64,000 nucleotides of DNA from positions 509 through 64,508 of the forward strand of contig QHSO01000031.1 in the NCBI GenBank assembly GCA_003220475.1, given 5' to 3'. The notes beneath the pieces were generated by a model. It was given only the letters and a program-made list of their open reading frames with translations, did no database searches and was not told where the DNA came from. Source of the DNA: Candidatus Rokuibacteriota bacterium. Its GTDB lineage: Bacteria; Methylomirabilota; Methylomirabilia; Rokubacteriales; CSP1-6. This document shows, piece after piece, positions 18,769 to 28,033 of this stretch (its first letter is position 1; the number at the start of each line of letters is the position of its first letter). The position numbers and the translations under genes are program-made.

Positions 18769-18843
18769 GCCGTGTTAGTGTACATGCTCGCGAGCGTTGA
18801 CTGGCAGCCCCGCGGCCTCCTACAGTCGATTCAGAGGCCGCGC

Positions 18844-19422
18844 ATGCTCGCCTGGTTCCTCGATCCCATTGCCGCAGGCCTCACCCGCATCTACGGGCGC
18901 TCCCTCGGCCACGACGTTGCCGTCGTTTTCGTCGTCGCGTTCGTCCTCACCGTGATCGTCACCGCGCGCTGGAGCCGATCGGGGATCACCGCTGCCGTCG
19001 GAATGTCAGTCGTAAGCCCGCGCGGAACGCTGCGACTGCTCACGACGACGACACCCGCGATATGGCGCGGCACGGGCGGGGCGAAGGCCGCCGCGCTGGC
19101 GCTGGGGGCGTCCGTCCTCGCGACAGCGCTCACCGCGCTTCCCCTCGTCATCGGCACATGGCTCGTTCTCGACGGCGAGCTCGCCCGGGGCGTCATCTAT
19201 ACGCTGCTCGGCTACCTCTATATCTGGGTATTCCTCGGCCTGCTGCCCATCTGGGTCGTCGTCGGATGGTACGAGTACGGCTTCTGGCAGAGCCTGCTCG
19301 GCAACGGCCTGATGCTCCTCGCGCTGAGTGCTCCGGAGTGGCTGCTGGCGCGCGCACATCGCGCGGCGCCGGCGGCCGGCGACGTGACCGCCCACGCGGC
19401 GGCGAAAGAGGGAGCGCCATGA
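18844..19422 (+). CDS. hypothetical polytopic membrane protein
   Basis: ATG at 18844 follows AGAGG. Several hydrophobic helices and high GC3. The stop overlaps the next gene's ATG (ATGA). Confidence 0.5.
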   Translation: MLAWFLDPIAAGLTRIYGRSLGHDVAVVFVVAFVLTVIVTARWSRSGITAAVGMSVVSPRGTLRLLTTTTPAIWRGTGGAKAAALALGASVLATALTALPLVIGTWLVLDGELARGVIYTLLGYLYIWVFLGLLPIWVVVGWYEYGFWQSLLGNGLMLLALSAPEWLLARAHRAAPAAGDVTAHAAAKEGAP

Positions 19423-20267
19423 GGGGTTGGCTATCGACGTTCACGCTCGGGCTCGTGCTGCTGCTCAGCAGCGCCGCGTCGGCGACGGACCTCGCCGACT
19501 TCCATCCGGTGGCGGGACCGACCACGGTGGATCTCGGCCGCGACCTGGCGAGCCTCAACGTCGGCGCCGACTACTACTTCGTCGACGCCGCGAACACGAA
19601 GAAACTCATGCAGGCGCTCGGCAACCCCCCCTCCGACAGCGAGCTGGGAACGATCATTCCGAAGAAGGCCGCGGAGTGGTTCGTCGTGCTCGAGTACGAA
19701 GAAACGGGCTACGTGAAGGACGAGCAAGGCTCGTCGCTCGACGCCGCCGCGCTCCTCGAATCGATCCGCAAGGGCACCGAGCGCTCGAACGCGCAGCGCA
19801 AGCTTATGGGCCACCCGGCCATGCACCTCGTCGGCTGGGTCGAGCAGCCGCACTACGACGCCGTCAACAAGCGCCTGGTCTGGGCGCTGTCGGGGCGCGC
19901 GGAGGACGCGGAGGAAGAGGTCGTCAACTTCAACACCCGCGTGCTCGGCCGCCACGGACTGATCTCGGTCGTGCTCGTCACCGATCGCGGCCGCTTCGAG
20001 CGCGATCGCGCCGTCGTCCCGGACCTCATCGGTGGAATCAGCTTCAAGCCGGGCAAGCGCTACGAAGAGTTCGTGCGGGGCACGGACAAGGTTGCCGAGT
20101 ACGGCCTGGCTGCGCTCGTGGCGGGCGGCGCCGGCGTGGCGGTGGTGAAGGCGGCGCAGATGGGACTCCTCGCGCGGTTCTGGAAGGTGTTCGTCATCGG
20201 CGGTATCACGGCTATCGGAGGCTTCTGGCGATGGCTCACCGGTCGGGGGAAGACGGCGACCGCGTGA
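19419..20267 (+). CDS. DUF2167-like membrane-anchored protein
   Basis: Signal peptide MRGWLSTFTLGLVLLLSSAASA, then LNVGADYYFVDAANTKKLMQALGNPP... and C-terminal TM segments. GAGGGAG Shine-Dalgarno. Confidence 0.6.
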   Translation: MRGWLSTFTLGLVLLLSSAASATDLADFHPVAGPTTVDLGRDLASLNVGADYYFVDAANTKKLMQALGNPPSDSELGTIIPKKAAEWFVVLEYEETGYVKDEQGSSLDAAALLESIRKGTERSNAQRKLMGHPAMHLVGWVEQPHYDAVNKRLVWALSGRAEDAEEEVVNFNTRVLGRHGLISVVLVTDRGRFERDRAVVPDLIGGISFKPGKRYEEFVRGTDKVAEYGLAALVAGGAGVAVVKAAQMGLLARFWKVFVIGGITAIGGFWRWLTGRGKTATA

Positions 20268-20268
20268 G

Positions 20269-20739
20269 ATGACGGCGTCGAACACCGGGATCGATCGCCG
20301 GCGCGTCGCCGCGATGGCCGCGGAGCAGACGACCGGCGATCTCCTCGACACGTGGGCCTTCTTCCGAGACGAATTCGAGGACGGCGCGCAGGCCGTCCTC
20401 GCCTCTGAGCTCGCGTGCCGCGGCGTCAGCCTGGACGACGCGGATCTGGCCGCCTACCGCGAGCGCCGGCGCGCTGAGGTGCTGACGGTTCGCGATACGT
20501 TCGCACGCTGCCGCTACTGCGCGCGGCTCGCGCCCAACGGACTCTCCGTGCGCTTCTATCTGCTGCTGCTGATTCCGATCTGGTCCACGACCATCCACTT
20601 CTGCGACGCCCACGAGGGCGAGGTGTCGACGCTCACCGCGCGCCTGGCGCGCTGGGTGTCCAATCTTCTGTGGGGCGTGCGTTACGCGCGGGTGCGGGCG
20701 CGTCCCGGGCAACCCGGGGCGCTCCTCGATCCGGGCTAG
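20269..20739 (+). CDS. hypothetical protein
   Basis: ATG lies 1 nt after the upstream TGA. High GC3, one hydrophobic segment (FYLLLLIPIWSTT) and Cys/His pairs. No family recognised. Confidence 0.45.
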   Translation: MTASNTGIDRRRVAAMAAEQTTGDLLDTWAFFRDEFEDGAQAVLASELACRGVSLDDADLAAYRERRRAEVLTVRDTFARCRYCARLAPNGLSVRFYLLLLIPIWSTTIHFCDAHEGEVSTLTARLARWVSNLLWGVRYARVRARPGQPGALLDPG

Positions 20740-20742
20740 CGT

Positions 20743-21042
20743 TCAGCCGATCTTGCTGCCGGGCGAGACGGCCTGGTCGACGTTCAGCAGGACGACCTCA
20801 CCGCGCTCGTCGTAGGCGCCGAGCACGAGCACCTCCGAGACGAACGGCCCGATCTGCTTGGGCGCGAAGTTGACGACGGCGATGACGCGGCGGCCGATCA
20901 GCGCGCGGGCCGCGTAGTGCGCGGTGATCTGCGCGCTCGAGCGCTTGGTGCCGAGCTCGGGACCGAAGTCGATCCAGAGCTTCAGCGCGGGACGGTGGGC
21001 CTCGGGAAACGGCTGGGCGTCGGTCACGACGCCGACACGCAT
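20743..21042 (-). CDS. CsaA/EMAP-type tRNA-binding domain protein (true start probably upstream of 21042)
   Basis: ALKLWIDFGPELGTKRSSAQITAHY...VIAVVNFAPKQIGPFVSEVLVLG closely parallels B. subtilis CsaA. The homologous TEFEKVD residues lie upstream of the first ATG, where there is no canonical start. Confidence 0.8.
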   Translation of the reverse strand: MRVGVVTDAQPFPEAHRPALKLWIDFGPELGTKRSSAQITAHYAARALIGRRVIAVVNFAPKQIGPFVSEVLVLGAYDERGEVVLLNVDQAVSPGSKIG

Positions 21043-22219
21043 GTCGACCTTCTCGAACTCGGTTTGCTGGAGCGGGGGTGATTGTAGCGGGCGAGCCGAC
21101 TGTCGTCCCGGGATAGAAGAACTCGAGAATTTTGCGCGCGGAGTAGCCCTGCTCGGCCATGCCCTTGGCGCCCCACTGGCACATGCCGGCGCCGTGGCCG
21201 TAGCCGCGCCCGCTGAAATGCGCCCAGTCGCCGTCCATCGCCACCGCGAACAGCGTCGACTTGAGCCGATCGTAGCCGAGCATCCGGCGGAAGTCGTTGC
21301 CGCGAAGCCGCGCGCTGCTGCGGGCGCCGTGCACGGTGACGAGCGCCGCGCGCAGCGAGGGCGTGCGCTCGCTGACCTCGACGGCGCTGACGCCGCCGAC
21401 GTCGACGTTGTTCTTGCGCAGCACGTCGGTGAGCGCGTCCAGTCTGAGGTCGAGGTTCCAGTAGAAGTGCGGTGAGCCGACCGAGAAATCGCAGCGCACG
21501 GGCTTGAGCGCCGGCAGGTTGCGTGCCGCGAAGATCATGCGTGGATCCTCGGTGTAGCCGCCGCTCTCCGTGTGATAGAAGGCCGGAAACAGCTCGCCTT
21601 CCCACAGCAGCACCTGGCCGGCGGTGTCCCGCACCGCGCCCCAGATCGGCGAGGTGGCGGCGACGCGGCCCGCGTACTGCTGATGCACCGTGGACGCGAG
21701 GATGTGGTACGGCTTGCCGGTGGCGATGCTGCGGTGATAGGCCGCATACGTGCGCGCGACGACGGCCTGCGCGCGCAGCATTTCCAGCGGCCATTTCTCG
21801 CCCGCCTCCGCCCGCACCACACCGACCACGTAGTCTTCCAGGCGAAGCTCGTTCACCACGACGAGCCCCTCGCCGCTGCGCATGATCTCGAGCGGTGCGG
21901 GATAGTCGCGGCCGTTCAGCCGGATCACGTTCTCGCTGCGCAGGCGGAACGCCGAAGCGCGGCGGCCGTCGATCTCGACGGCGCCGCCCACAACACTCGC
22001 GTGCACGACCTCGGCACGCCAGGCGCCGGGCGCGCCCGACCCGAGCGGGACGATCTCGATGTCCACGCCGCGCAGCTCGGCGGCGCGCGCGCCGTCCACC
22101 ACGGCGACACGAATCGTGCTCTCGCCCGCGGCCGCATTCGTGTGAGCCACAGCAAGCGCAACGACTGCGAGCGCGACACGCCGAGCCGGCCTCGCGGCAC
22201 CCGCTACAACAACGCTCAG
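20798..22219 (-). CDS. SpoIID/LytB domain protein (ORF as encoded; last ~95 codons look non-genuine)
   Basis: LRAQAVVARTYAAYH, FYHTESGGYTED, GRGYGHGAGMCQWGAKGMAEQGYSARKILEFFYPGT. Signal-peptide-like N-terminus (M)SVVVAGAARPARRVALAVVALAVAHT, reachable only from CTG 22219, which overlaps the upstream TGA. No stop until 20798. Confidence 0.75.
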   Translation of the reverse strand: MSVVVAGAARPARRVALAVVALAVAHTNAAAGESTIRVAVVDGARAAELRGVDIEIVPLGSGAPGAWRAEVVHASVVGGAVEIDGRRASAFRLRSENVIRLNGRDYPAPLEIMRSGEGLVVVNELRLEDYVVGVVRAEAGEKWPLEMLRAQAVVARTYAAYHRSIATGKPYHILASTVHQQYAGRVAATSPIWGAVRDTAGQVLLWEGELFPAFYHTESGGYTEDPRMIFAARNLPALKPVRCDFSVGSPHFYWNLDLRLDALTDVLRKNNVDVGGVSAVEVSERTPSLRAALVTVHGARSSARLRGNDFRRMLGYDRLKSTLFAVAMDGDWAHFSGRGYGHGAGMCQWGAKGMAEQGYSARKILEFFYPGTTVGSPATITPAPANRVREGRHACRRRDRRPAVSRGPPSRAEALDRLRSRARHQALERADHRALRGPRADRPPRHRRRQLRAQADRAVRLGGARARRLRRAR

Positions 22220-22431
22220 CGCCGGCCGAACAGCCAGAACAGCAGCGAGAGCACGACCGAGAGCAGCAGCGACGTCGCGAGCGGGAAGTAAAAGGTCCAG
22301 TTGCCGCGCTGGACGTGGAGGTCGCCCGGCAGCCGTCCGAGCCACGGCACCTTGCCGACGAGCGAGATCAGCACGCCGACCACGACGAGCACGAGCCCCA
22401 GGATGACAAGCGCACGCCCGATGTCGCCCAC
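22216..22431 (-). CDS. DUF2905 family small membrane protein
   Basis: 71 aa: LGRLPGDLHVQRGNWTFYFPLATSLLLSVVLSLLFW. Confidence 0.75.
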   Translation of the reverse strand: MGDIGRALVILGLVLVVVGVLISLVGKVPWLGRLPGDLHVQRGNWTFYFPLATSLLLSVVLSLLFWLFGRR

Positions 22432-22436
22432 CGTGG

Positions 22437-23486
22437 TTACCTGTCAAACAGCGTACCCTGCCCGGCGACGGGCGCGGCGGGCGGCTGCTTGCCGAGGTGG
22501 GCATAGGCCTCTCGGGTCGCGCGGCGGCCGCGCGGCTCACGCGCGATGAAGCCGATCTTCAGCAGATAGGGCTCGACGATCTCCGATAGCGTCTCGGTGT
22601 CGTCGTTGATGGTGGCGGCGACGGCGTCGATGCCGACCGGCCCGCCGCCGTAGATATCGATGATCGCGTCCAGGAAGCGGCGGTCGAGCTTGTCCAGGCC
22701 GCGCGCGTCCACGCCCTCGCGTTGCAGGGCGTCGCGTGCCACCGCCTCGCTGATCACCCCGTCGGCCTTGACTTGCGCGTAGTCGCGCACGCGCCGCAAC
22801 AGCCGGTTGACGATGCGCGGCGTGCCGCGCGAGCGGCGCGAGATCTCGCGCGCGCCGGCCGACTCGATGCGCGCCTCGAGAATCGTCGCCGAGCGCGTCA
22901 CGATCTGCGTGAGCTCGTCGTCGGAATAGAAATCGAGGTGATGGAAGATGCCGAAGCGCTCGCGCAGCGGCGCCGACAGCATCCCGGGCCGCGTGGTCGC
23001 GCCCACCAGCGTGAACGGCGCCAGGCGGTGCTTGATGGAGCGCGCGTGCATGCCCTTCTCCATCACGAAATTGACGGCGAAGTCCTCCATGGCGGGATAG
23101 AGCAGCTCCTCGACGATGCGCGGCAACCGGTGGATCTCGTCGATGAAAAAGACGTCCTTCTCCGCCAGGTTGCTCAGGAGGCCGACGAGATCGCCGCCGC
23201 GCTCGATCGCCGGGCCGGACGTCGTCACGAGGTTCGTCCCCATCTCGTTGGCGATGATGCCGGCCAGCGTGGTCTTGCCGAGGCCGGGCGGGCCATAGAG
23301 GAGCACATGATCGACGCACTCCCCGCGCTGCTGGGCCGCCTGCACCGACACGCGGAGGCTGCCGACGGCCTGATGTTGGCCGACGTACTCGTCGAAGCTG
23401 CGCGGACGCAGCGCGCGCTCGAAGGGCGCGTCGTCCGGCGCCGGCGCACGGCTCAGAATCCGGCTGTCCTCGGCCGCCACGCTCAC
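22437..23486 (-). CDS. ruvB: Holliday junction branch migration ATPase RuvB
   Basis: LRPRSFDEYVGQ, LLYGPPGLGKTTLA, FIDEIHRL. GTG at 23486 overlaps the ruvA TGA (GTGA). Confidence 0.93.
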   Translation of the reverse strand: MSVAAEDSRILSRAPAPDDAPFERALRPRSFDEYVGQHQAVGSLRVSVQAAQQRGECVDHVLLYGPPGLGKTTLAGIIANEMGTNLVTTSGPAIERGGDLVGLLSNLAEKDVFFIDEIHRLPRIVEELLYPAMEDFAVNFVMEKGMHARSIKHRLAPFTLVGATTRPGMLSAPLRERFGIFHHLDFYSDDELTQIVTRSATILEARIESAGAREISRRSRGTPRIVNRLLRRVRDYAQVKADGVISEAVARDALQREGVDARGLDKLDRRFLDAIIDIYGGGPVGIDAVAATINDDTETLSEIVEPYLLKIGFIAREPRGRRATREAYAHLGKQPPAAPVAGQGTLFDR

Positions 23487-24145
23487 GTCCTCTTCGCCGC
23501 CGCCTGGCTGCGATAGATCTCGTCGAAGAGCTCTTCCGGCGTCGTCACCGTCGGCCGCCGGCGGAGCGCATCGGTGATCAGCTGCGAGGCCTCGGACGGG
23601 CGATGGCCGAGCTGCTTGGTGAGCACCTCCCACACCAGCTCGCGCAACCCTTCGGCGTCGGCGGCCACCGCGCTGGTCGCGGGTGCCTCGGCCGGCGCAT
23701 CCTCGCGGGCGAGCGCGAACTTCGCCACCTTGGACGACAGCTGCGCGACGATGTTCTTGGCCTTCTGCGGTCCGATGCCGGGCAGCGCGCGGAGGTACTT
23801 CTCGTCCTGGCGCGCGATGGCGGCGGCCAGCTCGGCGACCGGGGCCGCGAGCGCGCGGGCGGCGACCATCGGACCGATGTCTTTCACGGTGATGAGCTTC
23901 TCGAAGAACTCCTTGTCGAGGTCCGACGTGAAGCCGATCAGCACCGGGCGCGGTTGGTCGCGCGTCGCGTGATAGTAGATGACGAGCGCCAGCGGGCTCG
24001 CCTTGTCACCGCTCTCCGCGTGCGCGCCCTCGAGGGCGCGCAGGGCGATCGGGGGCAGGAAGACTTCGTAGCCCACGCCCATGACCTCGAGGATGATGCG
24101 ATCGTCGAGCCGCCGGCGCAGCTTTCCGCTGAGGGTCGCGATCAC
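23483..24145 (-). CDS. ruvA: Holliday junction DNA helicase RuvA
   Basis: (M)IATLSGKLRRRLDDRIILEVMGVGYEVFLP...LPGIGPQKAKNIV. GTG overlaps the ruvC TGA. Confidence 0.9.
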   Translation of the reverse strand: MIATLSGKLRRRLDDRIILEVMGVGYEVFLPPIALRALEGAHAESGDKASPLALVIYYHATRDQPRPVLIGFTSDLDKEFFEKLITVKDIGPMVAARALAAPVAELAAAIARQDEKYLRALPGIGPQKAKNIVAQLSSKVAKFALAREDAPAEAPATSAVAADAEGLRELVWEVLTKQLGHRPSEASQLITDALRRRPTVTTPEELFDEIYRSQAAAKRT

Positions 24146-24624
24146 GCCAGTCGACCTCCGGCGCGCGAGAACGCGGTGAGCGCGAGCGCCAGCGCGTCGG
24201 CCACGTGACTGGGCCGCGGCGCCGTCGGCAGGCGCAGCAAACGCCGCACGCTTTCCTGGACCTGCGCCTTCGAGGCCATGCCATGGGCGGCGACGGCGCG
24301 CTTGACCTCGGCCGGTGCCAGCGCGAGCACCGGGATCTTGTGCTGCTCGGCGGCCAGACAGATCACGCCGCGCGCGTGCGCCATGAGCAGGGCGGTACGC
24401 GGAAAGCTGTACTCGCTGTAGAGGTCCTCGACGACGACGCCGTCCGGCGCGTGCTCGGCGAGGAGGCGATCGACCCCGTCGTAGATCTGTTGCAGGCGCG
24501 CCTCGAGGGCGCGCTCGCCGTCGGTCACGATCACGCCGCTCACGACGACGACGACGGCGGCCGTCGGGCCGGGTCCGATGAGCCCGTATCCCGTGGCCAC
24601 GAGGCCGGGATCGATGCCGAGCAG
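24142..24624 (-). CDS. ruvC: crossover junction endodeoxyribonuclease RuvC (start uncertain, non-canonical)
   Basis: LLGIDPGLVATGYGLIG...VVVEDLY...ARGVICLAA.... The catalytic Asp of GIDPG lies upstream of the only GTG (24600). The only in-frame candidates after the yebC stop are CTG codons. Confidence 0.8.
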   Translation of the reverse strand: MLGIDPGLVATGYGLIGPGPTAAVVVVVSGVIVTDGERALEARLQQIYDGVDRLLAEHAPDGVVVEDLYSEYSFPRTALLMAHARGVICLAAEQHKIPVLALAPAEVKRAVAAHGMASKAQVQESVRRLLRLPTAPRPSHVADALALALTAFSRAGGRLA

Positions 24625-24631
24625 CCGCTGG

Positions 24632-25384
24632 CTAGGCAGCCGAGATGGCCTCGAGGACCTCGTCGGGAATGTCGTAGTTGGCGTAGACGTGCTGAACGTC
24701 GTCCAGCTCCTCCAGTGCCTCGATGAGCTTGACCACCGACGTGGCGTCCTTGCCCTCGACGCGCACCGTCGACTGCGGCACGTACGTCACCTGCGCTTCG
24801 GTAATCGGCACACTCGTCCGGGCCAGCGCGTCGCGCACCGCGTCCATTTGAGCAGGCGCGGTCGTGATCTCGAAAATTTTTTCGACGCGACGCACGTCGG
24901 TGGCGCCGGCGTCCAGCGCCTTTTCGAGCAGATCGTCCTCGGAGATCTTGTCGGCGTCGACGGAGATGATGCCCTTGCGCTCCAACATCCAGGCGACGGC
25001 GCCGGCCGCGCCCATGTTGCCGCCGAATTTTTCGAACGCGTGGCGGATCTCCGGGCCCGTCCGGTTCCGGTTGTCGGTGAGGACGTTGATCATCACGGCC
25101 ACGCCGCCCGGGGCGTAGCCCTCGTACGTGATCTCCTCGTACGACTCGCCGGGCAGCTCGCCGGTGCCCTTCTGCACCGCGCGCTTGATGTTGTCCTGCG
25201 GCATGTTGACTTCTTTGGCGGACTCGATCGCCGCCTTGAGCCGCATGTTGCCCTTGGGGTCGCCGCCGCCGTTCTTGGCGGCGACCGTGATCTCGCGGAG
25301 GATCTTCGAGAAGAGCTTGCCGCGCTGGACGTCGGCCTTGCCCTTCTTGCGCTTGATCTGCGACCACCGGGAGTGCCCTGACAT
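24632..25384 (-). CDS. yebC: YebC/PmpR family DNA-binding transcriptional regulator
   Basis: MSGHSRWSQIKRKKGKADVQRGKLFSKILREI... Confidence 0.92.
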   Translation of the reverse strand: MSGHSRWSQIKRKKGKADVQRGKLFSKILREITVAAKNGGGDPKGNMRLKAAIESAKEVNMPQDNIKRAVQKGTGELPGESYEEITYEGYAPGGVAVMINVLTDNRNRTGPEIRHAFEKFGGNMGAAGAVAWMLERKGIISVDADKISEDDLLEKALDAGATDVRRVEKIFEITTAPAQMDAVRDALARTSVPITEAQVTYVPQSTVRVEGKDATSVVKLIEALEELDDVQHVYANYDIPDEVLEAISAA

Positions 25385-25389
25385 CGCCG

Positions 25390-26379
25390 TTAACCTCTTT
25401 GTTCGTTCGAGAGTGCGGCCTTGAGCCGCTTCACGCGCTCCAGGCGCCGCTCACGCCGGGCGGCCGCCGCCTGCCAGCGACGCCGCTCGCCCTCGGTGCG
25501 CGGCGTGAACGGCCGGCACGGCTGCGGGCGGAGGTCGCCGCCGAGATGCACGTACGTCAGATACGCGGTGCACGCGTGGCGAATCTCGCCGCTCCACGGC
25601 TGCTCGGCCAGCACCTTCACCCCCACCTCGAGCGACGACGAGCCGACGTGGTTGAGCCCCGCCTTGAACGTGACCACCTCGTGCGTGTAGATCGGCGTAT
25701 AGAAGTCCATGGCGTCCAAGCACGCCGTCATCACCAGACCCTTGCAGTAGCGCATCGACAGGATCCCGCCCGCCTCGTCCAGCTCGAGCAGCATCTTGCC
25801 GGGGAACATCATGTTGCCGAAGAGCGCATCCTCGGGCAACACCGATCGCGCCGACTCGAAGCGCCACTGGAACTCTTCGTTCGCCGCGGTGTCGACGTCC
25901 TTGATCCGGGCCGCCTTCTCGGCGAAGCGCGCGAGCCGGTGCTGGCGGCGCGCCTGCGCCGCTTCCGCGAGCGCGCGCTCGGTGGCGTCTCGCGGCTCGA
26001 TCTTGAGGCCGACGGGCCGCGGGCGCTCCTGCGCGTCGACGCTGACGAAGACCAGGTGCGAGTTCAGCGTGACCGCGCGCTCGCCGGTGGCGACGTTCTC
26101 GGCCCAGACGCGCACGCCGACCTCCAGCGACGAGGTGCCGATGTATTCGACGCGCGCGCGCAGGATCGCGATCTGGCCGACCTTGACGGGGTGGAGGAAG
26201 TCGATGTCGTCCATCGCGCCGAGCAGGACGGTGCCCTTCGCGACGCGCGAGGCGGCCATGGTGCCGGCCTGGGTGATCCACTGCATCATGCGGCCGCCGT
26301 GGATCTGCCCGGGCGCGCCCGCGTGCTCCGGGAACACCCACTGTATCGTCTCCGTGACGGTATCGGCGATCGACGGCAT
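25390..26379 (-). CDS. acyl-CoA thioesterase with tandem hotdog domains
   Basis: MPSIADTV...IHGGRMMQWITQAGTMAA... and a second repeat, GKMLLELDEAGGILSMRY. ATG is at 26379; the upstream part of the 604-aa track ORF is Arg/Ala-rich noise. Confidence 0.8.
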   Translation of the reverse strand: MPSIADTVTETIQWVFPEHAGAPGQIHGGRMMQWITQAGTMAASRVAKGTVLLGAMDDIDFLHPVKVGQIAILRARVEYIGTSSLEVGVRVWAENVATGERAVTLNSHLVFVSVDAQERPRPVGLKIEPRDATERALAEAAQARRQHRLARFAEKAARIKDVDTAANEEFQWRFESARSVLPEDALFGNMMFPGKMLLELDEAGGILSMRYCKGLVMTACLDAMDFYTPIYTHEVVTFKAGLNHVGSSSLEVGVKVLAEQPWSGEIRHACTAYLTYVHLGGDLRPQPCRPFTPRTEGERRRWQAAAARRERRLERVKRLKAALSNEQRG

Positions 26380-26480
26380 GAACACGAGCGCCCCCGGGGA
26401 GCGACGTTCGGGGGCGCCGGTTCCGTTTCTAGCACGGCGGCGTGCCGGCGCGCAAACAGGCGCCGGCGCCGCCGTGAGGC

Positions 26481-27029
26481 TCAGGATCCCGAAGGGGCGG
26501 AGGCGGGGGCCGCGGCCGGAAGTGCGAGGCGCTCGGCGACGAGTCGGACGTGCGCACGGTCGGCTTCCGCGCCGCTCCGTGCGGCGAGCTTGTCGGCGAT
26601 CCGCAGCGCCAGCACGGCCGCGTCGCGATCGCCCAGACGCGCGAAGCCCTCGGCCGCGTTGAGCGCGCCATCGACGGCGCCCTCGGCGCGGGCGCGGAAG
26701 AGTGCGACCAGCCAGAGCTCGCGCGCGTTGCGCTTGGCCTCGTCGACACGCTCGATCACGGCGGCCAGGCGGAGCTCCGCGTCGGCGGCCTCGGCGGGCC
26801 CACGCCAGCCTCGCGTCCGCAGACCGAGCTCGCGCGCCTGCCGCCACGCCTGCACCGCGGCCGGGACATCGTAACGGGCGAGCGCCTCGTCCATCGCGGC
26901 GAGCGCGGCGAGCCGCTGAGGGTCGCGCGCGTCGGCCAGGCGGCCGCGGGCACCGGCCATGCTCGCAAGCGCGACGAGGCCCGCGATCATGACGGAGAAG
27001 ACGACGACTACTCTCGCTGTGCTGCGCAT
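26481..27029 (-). CDS. hypothetical signal-anchored alpha-helical protein
   Basis: GGGAGGGG Shine-Dalgarno. MRSTARVVVVFSVMIAGLVALASMAGA, then an Ala/Arg/Leu-rich helical region. GC-rich hairpins lie downstream at 26385-26470. Confidence 0.5.
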   Translation of the reverse strand: MRSTARVVVVFSVMIAGLVALASMAGARGRLADARDPQRLAALAAMDEALARYDVPAAVQAWRQARELGLRTRGWRGPAEAADAELRLAAVIERVDEAKRNARELWLVALFRARAEGAVDGALNAAEGFARLGDRDAAVLALRIADKLAARSGAEADRAHVRLVAERLALPAAAPASAPSGS

Positions 27030-27196
27030 GAACCCCTCCCGTCGGTCGAATCGGTCGGAGGGCTGGAGAGGCAACCGCGATGCCAGATTTGGACGTCGCG
27101 AGAGTGGCGAATTCCGCGGATTTCTGCGCGACGGCCGCGTGGCACCGGGCTCTTTGCCCGATCCGCCGTCGGCGGTGCGGGCGTCGCGCCTCGTCG

Positions 27197-28033
27197 TCAG
27201 GCACGCAGCCGAGGATCGAGCAGATCGCGTAGCCCGTCGCCGAGCAGGTTCATGCCGAGCACGGCCAGCAGCAGCGCCGCGCCGGGAAAAACCGCCACCC
27301 ACGGTGCGCTGGCCAGAAACGTCTGGCCGTCGGCGAGCATCGCGCCCCATGAGATGGTCGGTGCCTGCGCGCCGAGACCGAGGAACGACAGTCCCGCCTC
27401 GGCCACCATGTTGCCACCCACGCCGATCGTGGCGGCCACGAGCAGCGGCGCCAGCGCATTCGGCAGGAGATGGCGCACCATGATCGCGCGATGCCCACCG
27501 CCGAGCGCCCGCGCCGCGTGCACGAAGTCGCGCGTCTTGAGCGAGAGCACCTCGCCGCGCACCACGCGCGCGATCGTCGTCCAGCCGAGGGCGACCAGCA
27601 CGATGAAGACCTTGTCGAGGCCCGGCTGCTCGAAGACGGCGATGAGGCCGATCGCGAGCACGAGCGACGGGAACGCCATCACGACATCGGTGACGCGCAT
27701 GAGTGCGGCGTCCACCGGTCCGCCGAAGTAGCCGGCGAGCAGTCCGATGACGCAGCCGAGGACGACGACGAGCGCTTCGACGCCGACGCCGACCGCGAGC
27801 GACACGCGCCCGCCCCACAGCACGCGGGACAGGACGTCGCGGCCGAGCGCGTCGGTGCCGAGCGGATGGCTCGCGGTGGGGCCCTCCAGTGTGGCCCCGC
27901 CGCCGCTCGCGACCGCGTGCGGATCCTCGGGCGCGAGCACCGGGGCGAGCAGCGCGGCGCCGGCGAAGAGCGCGACCAGGATCGCGCCGGCGAGGAAGCC
28001 ATGATGCGAGAGCGGCCTACGCGCGGACGGCAT
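27197..28033 (-). CDS. peptide/nickel ABC transporter permease (DppC/OppC type)
   Basis: HPLGTDALGRDVLSRVLWGGRVSL and the EAA-like region HAARALGGGHRAIMVRHLLPNA. Confidence 0.88.
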   Translation of the reverse strand: MPSARRPLSHHGFLAGAILVALFAGAALLAPVLAPEDPHAVASGGGATLEGPTASHPLGTDALGRDVLSRVLWGGRVSLAVGVGVEALVVVLGCVIGLLAGYFGGPVDAALMRVTDVVMAFPSLVLAIGLIAVFEQPGLDKVFIVLVALGWTTIARVVRGEVLSLKTRDFVHAARALGGGHRAIMVRHLLPNALAPLLVAATIGVGGNMVAEAGLSFLGLGAQAPTISWGAMLADGQTFLASAPWVAVFPGAALLLAVLGMNLLGDGLRDLLDPRLRA

